From a virus (lineage: Duplodnaviria; Caudoviricetes): a DNA stretch of 64,000 nucleotides. This document shows positions 44,755 through 54,061 of this stretch, one piece after another (positions within the stretch are counted from its first letter, which is position 1; each line of letters begins with the position of its first letter). The translations under genes and the position numbers were made by a program. A model generated the notes under the pieces. That model saw only the letters and a program-made list of their open reading frames with translations, ran no database searches and had not been told where the DNA came from. The stretch is from positions 32,001 to 96,000 of the IMG/VR virus record IMGVR_UViG_3300032030_000026; one strand, 5' to 3'.

Positions 44755-46086
44755 TTAAAATTCAAAAATCTTTCTAAATTGATCATCATCCCAGTCTCTC
44801 CAGTTATCTGCTGTGATCATTATATGTTTGTCACCAATGCCTTCATTATAAATTCCGCGTGGATAGAACTTCTCTGTATACTCGGCCAGACGATCTCTCT
44901 GTCTCGAGGTAAACGGAAGATCTCTCATAGCCGATCCGGTGTCAATCAGAGAGTAACCGGAATAGCGAACACTTCCCTCATGGAACCGTACCCAGCCCAT
45001 CTTATCAAGATACCAATCCCTGTTGAAATTATCGCAGGGAAGTTCTTTCATACTCGACCAGTTCTCAAACACCGCATCCGCGATGTCAAGGTGGGCAAGC
45101 CGAGATTCCTCACCGTCCATAGCCAGCACATTACCGTCTCGGTCGATGAATCCTGCGGTCCAGTTGTGATCGAATTTCACCGGCTCGGAGATGTCTCTTC
45201 TCTCAGGCTCTTTTCTTGCGGCCACGAATCTGTCTAGTTCATCAAAGACTGTTGCTCCGGCGATATTGTCGCATTGTCTAGACACAGCATAGTCGGATGT
45301 ATGTTCTTCTAGATATTGGTGAGTAGCATTCCATTCTTTCAGTCCGTCTTCGTCAAGCTCTTTCATCACGCTGAGCAGTTTGGCAAGATCGGAAACAATC
45401 GCCATATATTCTGTGAAGCCCTCGCATTCTCCGGAGCAAGCAAGATTTTCCATCATCCATTCACGGACTCGGATCAGTTTCAATCCTTCGTTCACGTATT
45501 TTCTGAGCCCCTCCAAGTCATTGAAGATGTCGCTCACTCGCTGAGAAAAACACCTAGTGAGCTCGCCAGACTCGATGATCTGCTGCATCTGGTAGTCGTT
45601 GGTCATCCAGATTCTAGCGAGATCCATCGGAGTGAATCGTGCGCCGACTGACCAGTGCCAGCCTTTTGGCAGATCAAAGATCGCTTCAGCATGGTCGATG
45701 TCAAGATCGTACAGCAGCACGTTAGAGAAGAATTGATAGAGATGTTTTTGCAAATACTCGCCCTGCTCGACAAGGTCAAATCCCTCTTTGTGGATGGTGT
45801 GATAAAGAAAATGAGGATCGAATTTGTGATACTCTTCGTAGTCGCCTTCGGGTAGCTCGTCTTTAGAGCAGATACCCATCGTTCCTCCGTCTATGACATA
45901 GAGGAATAGCTGGGAACGCAGGATCGGCGCCACATACTGCTCGGGACAGCCGGACAGCACTAGAGCGTCCCAAGCCTTTTGCGGTTCCATCTCGCAGAAC
46001 AGATGCTCATGAGCGATGTTCTGGAGCATGATGCCGGCGTTAGCGCCGAGCGAGAAGTGAAGGGTATGTTTTTCAGTGTTTGCCAT
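44755..46086 (-). CDS. Hypothetical protein (GC-richer than flanks)
   Basis: 443-aa ORF directly behind a promoter motif. Confidence 0.75.
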   Translation of the reverse strand: MANTEKHTLHFSLGANAGIMLQNIAHEHLFCEMEPQKAWDALVLSGCPEQYVAPILRSQLFLYVIDGGTMGICSKDELPEGDYEEYHKFDPHFLYHTIHKEGFDLVEQGEYLQKHLYQFFSNVLLYDLDIDHAEAIFDLPKGWHWSVGARFTPMDLARIWMTNDYQMQQIIESGELTRCFSQRVSDIFNDLEGLRKYVNEGLKLIRVREWMMENLACSGECEGFTEYMAIVSDLAKLLSVMKELDEDGLKEWNATHQYLEEHTSDYAVSRQCDNIAGATVFDELDRFVAARKEPERRDISEPVKFDHNWTAGFIDRDGNVLAMDGEESRLAHLDIADAVFENWSSMKELPCDNFNRDWYLDKMGWVRFHEGSVRYSGYSLIDTGSAMRDLPFTSRQRDRLAEYTEKFYPRGIYNEGIGDKHIMITADNWRDWDDDQFRKIFEF

Positions 46087-46103
46087 ATTATCAAAATTTA
46101 CAA

Positions 46104-46134
46104 TATTATATAATCGCCTTTGTAAACAATTAAG
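46104..46134 (-). promoter_or_regulatory. Phage promoter motif
   Basis: CTTAA-N13-CGATTATATAATA on minus strand. Confidence 0.75.
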
Positions 46135-46136
46135 AT

Positions 46137-46160
46137 AAAAAAAAAGACCCTAGGGGTCTT
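46137..46160 (-). terminator. Intrinsic terminator
   Basis: AAGACCC/GGGTCTT hairpin with A run 5' (U tail on minus strand). Confidence 0.7.
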
Positions 46161-46164
46161 TATA

Positions 46165-46827
46165 TTATAATTCCGTACTTATTTTTTCTAATTCATCCGG
46201 TTCCGGAGGTGTATCTTGAAAATTATCATCGAATGCTTTTGAAAATTGTTCTACAAGAGATTCTCGAATATCTTCACCGTTTAAATTATTACACATATAG
46301 TTTTTAATATCTTTTATATCCACCCCCATAACCTGTGCGGATGTTTTTAGTTTATCCATATAATCCTGGGTGATATCAATTTTAATATTAAAATCTATTT
46401 TCGGGTATCCGAGGTTATCCATCATCCGTTTGATAATAATATCATTTGCGGACTCTGGTGATATTGGTTTGGACTCCGATGATGCGGGTTTGCCGGTTTC
46501 TATAGGTTTTTGATTTTGTTTTGAGTCTAAATTAGATCCCACACTCGGTGTATTAATAAACACGTCTCCAAGTTCATCCGAAGACAATCCCTGCATAAGG
46601 GCAGCTCTATTGATTTTTGGTGCGGTAGGTGTTTTTGGTTTGCTAATTGGTTCTTCCGATTGGATATAGTCACGAAGTACATCGCCGCTAATCATCCTAC
46701 CGTCGTACGTTTGTATGCTCATACCAGTTCCATCAAAAAATACGCTGCGTACTTTGAAATGATCCGACCCGTCTTGTTTCCACCAGGTGGTGTTCTCGAT
46801 ATCAAAATTTACTCCTTGACTGTACAT
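46165..46827 (-). CDS. Hypothetical protein
   Basis: 220-aa ORF. Confidence 0.65.
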   Translation of the reverse strand: MYSQGVNFDIENTTWWKQDGSDHFKVRSVFFDGTGMSIQTYDGRMISGDVLRDYIQSEEPISKPKTPTAPKINRAALMQGLSSDELGDVFINTPSVGSNLDSKQNQKPIETGKPASSESKPISPESANDIIIKRMMDNLGYPKIDFNIKIDITQDYMDKLKTSAQVMGVDIKDIKNYMCNNLNGEDIRESLVEQFSKAFDDNFQDTPPEPDELEKISTEL

Positions 46828-47402
46828 TAATCAAAATTTTTTATATAAATATCCAAAAGGTCTGGGTGTTTTACTATAGAATATAATATTGTAGCAACCC
46901 GCCTAGGATCCTCATTGAAGAAATAAATATGTTGTTTATCGTATACTCTGTCTATAAACCCTTGTATATTAAAACTTTCATTATCTTCTTGTATTTGAAA
47001 ATCATGTGTATATTTATTTTCAGCCATATAGTTGAATCTAAAATCGGAAGTATTGTCTAGCCATATGATAGTAACATCCATTTTATCCCATGTTTTTTGA
47101 GGAATCTTGACTATATGATCTATGCCCATATATATTACATCATTTCTATCATATTCATAAAAAGAGAGCCCTTCCAGAAATTTTTCTCTCTGGAAGCACT
47201 CTTGGATGAATATATATGAATTGGTTTCTTCAATATTCTCAATATCCGAATAATCATATATAATTTTGGATAATGTATAAGATCGCGGGTCTATTTCGGA
47301 GATGCTGCGAAAAATATGGCCTATGGATAATCCCAATCGTCCGGCTTCTTCAACAACCTCGGGGAGTCCGCATCCTTGTCTGCCTATAATCAGATATTTC
47401 AT
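46827..47402 (-). CDS. Degenerate nucleotide-kinase-like P-loop protein
   Basis: LIIGRQGCGL (Walker A lacking the Lys). Confidence 0.45.
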   Translation of the reverse strand: MKYLIIGRQGCGLPEVVEEAGRLGLSIGHIFRSISEIDPRSYTLSKIIYDYSDIENIEETNSYIFIQECFQREKFLEGLSFYEYDRNDVIYMGIDHIVKIPQKTWDKMDVTIIWLDNTSDFRFNYMAENKYTHDFQIQEDNESFNIQGFIDRVYDKQHIYFFNEDPRRVATILYSIVKHPDLLDIYIKNFD

Positions 47403-47710
47403 AGTCTTGGTATTTTATTAAAACTCGGCATTCGTGGAGCACTTGGCATTTTAGGTATCGACCTTTGAGCCTGCCGTTGATAAGAATTTGGGTTATACTG
47501 GCGTGAGGATTTTCCCTTCTCCGCCTCCTCCTGTCTCTTATTTTCCTCTTCTATGATATCCTGCATGGATTTCAGATATTCTTCATATTCCCAATATGGC
47601 ATTCTATCAATTTCGGAAGGCTGTGTACGGCACGAATATGCTAATCTGGCTTTATTTTGAACCAAATTTGCTATGTTTACCTTGAACAGAGAATAAATAC
47701 TTGATTCCAT
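47399..47710 (-). CDS. Baseplate hub assembly protein, T4 gp51-like
   Basis: EIDRMPYWEYEEYL; overlaps the 3' end of the gp26-like gene; start uncertain. Confidence 0.6.
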   Translation of the reverse strand: MESSIYSLFKVNIANLVQNKARLAYSCRTQPSEIDRMPYWEYEEYLKSMQDIIEEENKRQEEAEKGKSSRQYNPNSYQRQAQRSIPKMPSAPRMPSFNKIPRL

Positions 47711-48698
47711 TGGGAAACCGCACGGTGCTGCGCACCTCCTCACCGCAGTTTGGACATTTCATGGATAATTTCTCCGATGGATTGATCAGAATATTCCGGC
47801 GGACTTCATCCAAGAATAAGAACATATCTTGATTCCAAGATTTATATTCTCTTTGACAATCTTTAATCATTCTATCCAGCAGAGTGGGATCTTTAGGGGC
47901 TTTTTCTAACATGAACGGCAAGAATTTGATGAACGTCTCATCTATATTCTTTCCGGTTTCCGATTGTGCATATAGCCATTGGATGATAGCATTGTCTTTT
48001 TGCAATGTCGGAATATAGAATTTAATAGTTTTGCCCGGCAGATTATAATCATTAGGATCAATAACCCATGTTCTGGATTCGGAATCCAGGTGTTTTTCTA
48101 TGACTTCTTCGTCCGGAAGCTCATAATAAAGATCATCGGCGCGAAGCACGAAATGCAGATTTTCACCACAATTGTCACATTCTTCATCAAACTCCAGTGC
48201 CTGCTCGCCTTTTTGGAATGTATATTCACGGACTTTGAGAATAAACCAGAATCTATCCCAGGAATTGATCTTATCCCACCCCAGCTTGCCGGTAGGTGTA
48301 GATATGGATACACAAGATTTGATAATCTCATTCATCACGTTATTAACCACCGCAATATTCTCTTCATCAATACTAGACCAGTTCTTGATAGCGTCAACGG
48401 TAGCGGGTTTCACTCTGAACTGCCAATCCGCGGGATAAAATCTGGATCTCTCTCCCATAGAAGCCCTATCAATAGGAATCCAACCTCCGGTGATATCATA
48501 ATATCTGTCATCTTCCCTAGATGGTCTTTCTTTATGAGTGGCTTTATTAAAGGCTTCAAATGCTGCTTGTTCGTCTGTTGAAAGAGCATCTTGCTGACCC
48601 GGGATGTGTTTCATCTTGCCCAAATCATGTATTTCTTCTTGAGGCTCTCCCCCAAAATTGCCAATTTCGTTTTCTAAAATTTTATTTACATCAGACAT
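47652..48698 (-). CDS. Baseplate hub assembly chaperone, T4 gp26-like
   Basis: DR.W.IL..RE; CDNCG and CPNCG; ends F..GIK.LF. Confidence 0.65.
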   Translation of the reverse strand: MSDVNKILENEIGNFGGEPQEEIHDLGKMKHIPGQQDALSTDEQAAFEAFNKATHKERPSREDDRYYDITGGWIPIDRASMGERSRFYPADWQFRVKPATVDAIKNWSSIDEENIAVVNNVMNEIIKSCVSISTPTGKLGWDKINSWDRFWFILKVREYTFQKGEQALEFDEECDNCGENLHFVLRADDLYYELPDEEVIEKHLDSESRTWVIDPNDYNLPGKTIKFYIPTLQKDNAIIQWLYAQSETGKNIDETFIKFLPFMLEKAPKDPTLLDRMIKDCQREYKSWNQDMFLFLDEVRRNILINPSEKLSMKCPNCGEEVRSTVRFPNGIKYLFSVQGKHSKFGSK

Positions 48699-48762
48699 AT
48701 TATGTCATTTAATTTATTGTAAAGTATAATAATGTGAAAACGGTTTTTAAGTTTTTAAAGAT

Positions 48763-48787
48763 AAAAAAAGACCTGAAAGGGTCTTTT
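48763..48787 (-). terminator. Intrinsic terminator
   Basis: AAAAGACCT-GAAA-GGGTCTTTT. Confidence 0.7.
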
Positions 48788-48811
48788 ATAATAAATATTT
48801 CCGATATTAAT

Positions 48812-49852
48812 TCACTTTGATTTCCAATAACTATATATTCCTTTATCTAGTTCAAATGCATTCCATTGATACCAATCTCCTATGGGATTTTTCTCTTGAA
48901 CCCATTTCCACATGTTCTCGATACCTTCATAAACGGAAATATTATCTTTATAGTCTAATAATTGAATAGACTTAGTTGGGTTGACATCGCAGAACTTGAT
49001 TTCATTCCGCGGTTCCAAATATACTTTTTCGGTAGTTCCGGTAATCTCCAGTACCATATTCGCTAAATCATTAAGAGAATACTTTTTGATACCTCCTAGA
49101 TTGATGATTTGGTTATCGGTGCTTCTATCCTCCATGCATCTATACAAAGGTTCTAGAATATTAGTGACCTCAGTAAAGCAACGGGTCTGCTCTCCATCAC
49201 CATAAATAGTGATCGGATCTCCATCATAGATATGGTGCATCCAGATTCCCAAAACATTCCGATAAGTATCATTCATATTCTGGTTTCTTCCGAATACATT
49301 ATGGGGTCTTATAATAGTCCATTTTAACCCGAAATACTCTCCGGAGACTTCAATATCTTTTTCACAAGCCGCTTTAGATATAGCATATGGGTCTTTTGGG
49401 GATGGTCTTTGTGATTCCAAATATGGAGGTATGCAATCACCATATATGGACATGGAAGATGTATATATGAGTTTTTTCACACCATATTTGACACACATAT
49501 TGAAGATGTTAGATGTGGCTACCATATTGTTCTTATAATTGAAGGATCTCATAAAATAAGAAAGAATCTCGGCGGCATAAGCGGCAAAGTGATAAACGTA
49601 TTTTATATGGTATTGAGAAAATATCTTATCCAGTTCTTCCGGAGCATTGTCGGATGCTAGATCTATCTTAAAATTACGTACATTAGAAATCGAAAAATGA
49701 TTTCCCCAGTCCGCTTCTAAATCAATACCTATAATTCCCGGATAGAATCCGGATTCATCTAATTGAAGATGGTTGCGATTTATAATATGCTCTATAAATC
49801 TAGATCCTATGAGACCCGAGGATCCTGTCACTAATATATATTCGTTATCCAT
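48812..49852 (-). CDS. NAD-dependent nucleotide-sugar epimerase/dehydratase (extended SDR)
   Basis: LVTGSSGLIG, TSSMSIYG, YAISK, RPHNVFG, GDGEQTRCF. Confidence 0.92.
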   Translation of the reverse strand: MDNEYILVTGSSGLIGSRFIEHIINRNHLQLDESGFYPGIIGIDLEADWGNHFSISNVRNFKIDLASDNAPEELDKIFSQYHIKYVYHFAAYAAEILSYFMRSFNYKNNMVATSNIFNMCVKYGVKKLIYTSSMSIYGDCIPPYLESQRPSPKDPYAISKAACEKDIEVSGEYFGLKWTIIRPHNVFGRNQNMNDTYRNVLGIWMHHIYDGDPITIYGDGEQTRCFTEVTNILEPLYRCMEDRSTDNQIINLGGIKKYSLNDLANMVLEITGTTEKVYLEPRNEIKFCDVNPTKSIQLLDYKDNISVYEGIENMWKWVQEKNPIGDWYQWNAFELDKGIYSYWKSK

Positions 49853-49856
49853 ATCA

Positions 49857-51659
49857 CTAATATAATAATTCGCCACTATTCATAAAATTTCCCATTCTCA
49901 AATATTCGGACGCTTGTCTTATCAATCTCGGATCACTTGAATTAGAAATATTCGGGCCCATAGTAGCATAATAGTTTACATATTTTTCGTTAGTAACGCC
50001 TTCCCGGTCTTCAAACTCTTCTCGCAGATATTTGAATTGCAGAGATTCTTCCGCCAAGACTAGCTGAGCTTGAGACATGACCATATCATCGTGTCCGAAG
50101 CTGGCTTCATAGGAAGATCCGGATTGTGCGAAATTTTTCAGCTCTAATAAGAATTTGACATCGTTGTTTTGAATGTATCCTTTTTCGAATGCGGTCTTGA
50201 AGAGCTTGCACATCTTATTCTTGCTAGATTTAGTAATCCGGACCCCTAATTTGAACTTGTCATAATTATCATCATTATAGAATTTGATAATATTGCTATA
50301 CCAATGCTCTTTAAGCTTGTCTATCCATAATTCCCCATATAAGTTATATTCTATGGAAATCAGGAATCTTTCCGGATGTAGATAGTTTTTATAGAACTCC
50401 GATAATCTAGAACAACATTCTTTATCATCCAAAGTGTTGGATCGAAAATATCCTATAGTTTTAGTAATAGGATCATTATTGTCGGATACCCCTATAATCT
50501 GATTGAAAGTTTGCACCGTATAATCTCCGCCTATGCCCTCGGAAATATCTGTAGTAAGTACTAAGTATTGATTTTTAAGATCATAAATATCCACCTCCGG
50601 ATCCCAATAAAAATCATCATTGAAGCAGCCCGGCATATCCTTTACTATAAATTCTATAGTGGATTTAGCACAGTCATTAAGTTTCTTTTTAGAAATCAGA
50701 GCATTATTGGCGGAGCTGAATTCCGTTCCAAATTGTTCATTGAACGCTTCTTCACTGCCCAAGTTTCCGATTTGCATTTTCTTCCAAGCCTCATCCCGCT
50801 TATACCATATCTTTCTATCGGGATCCCATTCCGGAACCTGATCCCAGTCGACCTTAAATGCCGCATATTCATTTTCTCCTTTCACGGCGGCTGTATAGAT
50901 CTTAGAAAATAACTCTAATCCATTTTGAGTAGAGGTGATCATCAGGCGGGCGCGTCCGGCGGAGATGGTAGGGAATATATTTTTATAGAATGGTTCTTGG
51001 ATATTAGGAGCAATGTGAGCAAACTCGTCTAGCAATACACAGTGCAAGGTATAGCCGATACCGGAGCGTTGGGTGGTAGCTTCGGCGATGATCATGCAGC
51101 CGTTATCCAGAGAGATCTTGCCTTCATTCCAGACTCGGATTCCGGGCTTTAGAAAATATGGAAGTTCATAAAAGATATCTTTGGTTTTTTTCAGAATTTC
51201 TACGGCGGTATCTCTTTTGTTTCCTAATACCATAGCATTCTTGTCCGCATTAAATATTACATACCACAACATAAAGATGGCGGAGGTAGTGGTTTTACCG
51301 GACTGACGAGCCGAAAGCATGATACTCAAACGATTAGCTTGTAAATGTCTTAGGTAATCTTCTTGATAATCTCTTAATGTAATGCTTTGGATTCCATCCG
51401 GGGTCATCAGTTTGCAATAGGTATTAGCAAAGTATATGATGTCATTAGCACATCTTTTCCATTCTTGAATTTCTTCCGGTGTTCTTTTATATAGCAGATC
51501 CGGTTTTAATAGCTTCGTATTTTTTTCATAAAACGGATTGACCGCTAGAGGTAATCCTTTATCAATGCCGTCTAGAGCCTGCTTTATAATCTTGCTAGTC
51601 CACTGGACAGCCTCCGCTTTTTTACCACCGACTGTTTCTTTTATAGGGTTAAAAGCCAT
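49857..51659 (-). CDS. terL: Terminase large subunit (T4 gp17-like)
   Basis: LRDYQ, ARQSGKTT, LLDEFAH, ITSTQNG, DISEGIGGDY, HDDMVM. Confidence 0.93.
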   Translation of the reverse strand: MAFNPIKETVGGKKAEAVQWTSKIIKQALDGIDKGLPLAVNPFYEKNTKLLKPDLLYKRTPEEIQEWKRCANDIIYFANTYCKLMTPDGIQSITLRDYQEDYLRHLQANRLSIMLSARQSGKTTTSAIFMLWYVIFNADKNAMVLGNKRDTAVEILKKTKDIFYELPYFLKPGIRVWNEGKISLDNGCMIIAEATTQRSGIGYTLHCVLLDEFAHIAPNIQEPFYKNIFPTISAGRARLMITSTQNGLELFSKIYTAAVKGENEYAAFKVDWDQVPEWDPDRKIWYKRDEAWKKMQIGNLGSEEAFNEQFGTEFSSANNALISKKKLNDCAKSTIEFIVKDMPGCFNDDFYWDPEVDIYDLKNQYLVLTTDISEGIGGDYTVQTFNQIIGVSDNNDPITKTIGYFRSNTLDDKECCSRLSEFYKNYLHPERFLISIEYNLYGELWIDKLKEHWYSNIIKFYNDDNYDKFKLGVRITKSSKNKMCKLFKTAFEKGYIQNNDVKFLLELKNFAQSGSSYEASFGHDDMVMSQAQLVLAEESLQFKYLREEFEDREGVTNEKYVNYYATMGPNISNSSDPRLIRQASEYLRMGNFMNSGELLY

Positions 51660-51726
51660 GCAATTAATTATTTTCACAAAATAATACGGATCCCGAACTA
51701 TTTTTTTATAAAAACAAAGTCATAAC

Positions 51727-54054
51727 ATGGCTCGTTATCAGTTATTTCGTACATCCCCAAGCCTTACCGGACAAGTAAGATTGGATATAATTGTAAATAA
51801 AAATGAAGAATCTCAGCTAATTGCCGGTGATGAGATACACATAGTTCCTATTAATGATAATATAGATTTCAATGAGTCTAATAAAAGAAACACATTAAAG
51901 TATTCTCATAGAGAGAATATTAAAAATCTGTATCGAGAGATAAGCGAAGATTTTTATAGCACCGAAGGGGAATATGTCGGAAATTCTTGGCTATATGATA
52001 GTGTCACTAGAAAAGACCCGCATTCTCATACGTATATGGCCGGTCCCAAACGAATGAGATATACCCGATATGGAAAACAGATGTCATATATGATACCTAT
52101 ATGGATCTCCGAATATACGGATTTTAATAAGATGAGATTTGTGTGTCATATCGGGTCCGGCGATCGTGATGCTATTATAAGCTCTTTCAGGCTTTCACCG
52201 GACATTATCGGATATTTGCAAGAATATATGGACATGTCCGCCACCGGAGAATGCGTGTCCGATAATTTGTTGAATGTTGATTTAGAGAATATGGACTCAT
52301 ATATTCAAGGTGTGCAAGCCGACACCGGACAATATATGACGCGAGATACTTCTTATATAATGAATTTTCTTCTTAAGAGAGAACGACCGATGCTGGAATT
52401 AGATTCATCTTTATTAGATCTATTCCGCCAGAACAATATGATCGCCCAGCAGATATTGAATCTGAATTTTGTTTTTAATATTCAGGATATTTCCGGTGCT
52501 TGGCCCGAATACTATTTATATAATAAGCAAATACGTCTATGGATAGATGTCCAATATGAGAATAAATCCTTGGAATATAAGGATTTATATACCAATTATC
52601 AATTTATTCCTAAATATAATCTACAGTCCGGTGAATATACTCATGATAATGTGTTAGATTTTATGGAAGATTATAATTGCATTGATCTTGTGGGTGTGAA
52701 TAAATTCACCCAGCCGGTGTTCCACTGGGCATTAGTTAACAATCCTAATTATATCTTTAATTTATATTCCGGATGCTCTCCTTATTTGGAAGGAGGACTG
52801 GTTTTAGACGGAGGGACTTTTAATTGGGTGGATATTTCATTAGATGAAGCGGATCCATGGAAACAAAATTGGAAATGGGCTAAATTTGCTAATAAAACGG
52901 GTATAACAAATTGGAGAAGCGATTATGATGATGACATGTCCGCCGGGCATCCGGAGCATAGATTTTCTAAAATTATAGTTAACTCCGGTAGCTTAGCAAT
53001 AGAAAGCAATATGTTTAGAAAGTTCTTTGATGATGAAGATATGTCCGCGTGGTCCGATGTGTGGGATAACTTAAAATCTAAAAATATATGGATAACTACG
53101 GTTTTAAATTCGGATCAAATTGAAAAATATAGTTTTAATTTTAGTACCCCTGGAGATAATATATGCATTTTTATAAAATGCAATAGTTTCGATAATCTGG
53201 TATTGTATAAAATGTGTCATGATTCCGATCTTCCCGGTATTATAAATGACATTCCGGATGGTTATGATGGTGTGAGTCCCGAAGATATGATTCTAATCAA
53301 GAGTTTATTAAGATATATTATAGGAGACAGTCCTGTGTCGGATAAGAATTTGTGGGATAGATGGATAAAACCCAATCTTATTGAATTTGACAATATCATG
53401 GATATTTACAAGGAGAATAAGACCTTTGTAGGTCAGCAAACTAAAGAATTTAAATATATAGAACCGGAAAATATAAAATATGATTATATGTATAGATATT
53501 CCGGAAACCTATGTCCGATTTTTATCGATCCCGAAGATCCGGTGTTCTATAATCAATACTATAGATATTATCAATGGGATAATAAACGGAGTGATGTAAT
53601 GAGGGAATGTTCTATATTAAAAAACAAGAGAATACCAATGTCTTATCCATCTATTAAACTAGGTGAAGACCATGAAGGCAATATAAATTATTTCCCGTGG
53701 ATTGAAGGCGGAAACTCCGGATCATCTCCTTTTTATTCCGATTGGAATACCGATATGATTTGGGGCAGGAATAATTTATTATGGAATCTGCCACCCACGG
53801 TAATATTCCGAAAAGAAATTCCGAGGAATCTATCGCCGGAGGAAATAGATAATGAAATATGGCTGGGCTTTATTAATGCCCTTAGAGATATGAGTTCCTC
53901 ACAAGATTGTCCATTGGTGGATATTATAGAAGCTCACATGGATGAATTTTATGAATTTATAAATAAAAATTATACAATAATTCAAAATTTTGAATATAAG
54001 AGTCTTACCGACATTGACAATATTATTTATACAATAACTTATAAATTAAGATAG
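51727..54054 (+). CDS. Putative virion structural protein
   Basis: 775-aa ORF; LFRTSPSLTGQV start. Confidence 0.6.
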   Translation: MARYQLFRTSPSLTGQVRLDIIVNKNEESQLIAGDEIHIVPINDNIDFNESNKRNTLKYSHRENIKNLYREISEDFYSTEGEYVGNSWLYDSVTRKDPHSHTYMAGPKRMRYTRYGKQMSYMIPIWISEYTDFNKMRFVCHIGSGDRDAIISSFRLSPDIIGYLQEYMDMSATGECVSDNLLNVDLENMDSYIQGVQADTGQYMTRDTSYIMNFLLKRERPMLELDSSLLDLFRQNNMIAQQILNLNFVFNIQDISGAWPEYYLYNKQIRLWIDVQYENKSLEYKDLYTNYQFIPKYNLQSGEYTHDNVLDFMEDYNCIDLVGVNKFTQPVFHWALVNNPNYIFNLYSGCSPYLEGGLVLDGGTFNWVDISLDEADPWKQNWKWAKFANKTGITNWRSDYDDDMSAGHPEHRFSKIIVNSGSLAIESNMFRKFFDDEDMSAWSDVWDNLKSKNIWITTVLNSDQIEKYSFNFSTPGDNICIFIKCNSFDNLVLYKMCHDSDLPGIINDIPDGYDGVSPEDMILIKSLLRYIIGDSPVSDKNLWDRWIKPNLIEFDNIMDIYKENKTFVGQQTKEFKYIEPENIKYDYMYRYSGNLCPIFIDPEDPVFYNQYYRYYQWDNKRSDVMRECSILKNKRIPMSYPSIKLGEDHEGNINYFPWIEGGNSGSSPFYSDWNTDMIWGRNNLLWNLPPTVIFRKEIPRNLSPEEIDNEIWLGFINALRDMSSSQDCPLVDIIEAHMDEFYEFINKNYTIIQNFEYKSLTDIDNIIYTITYKLR

Positions 54055-54061
54055 TCCAATT

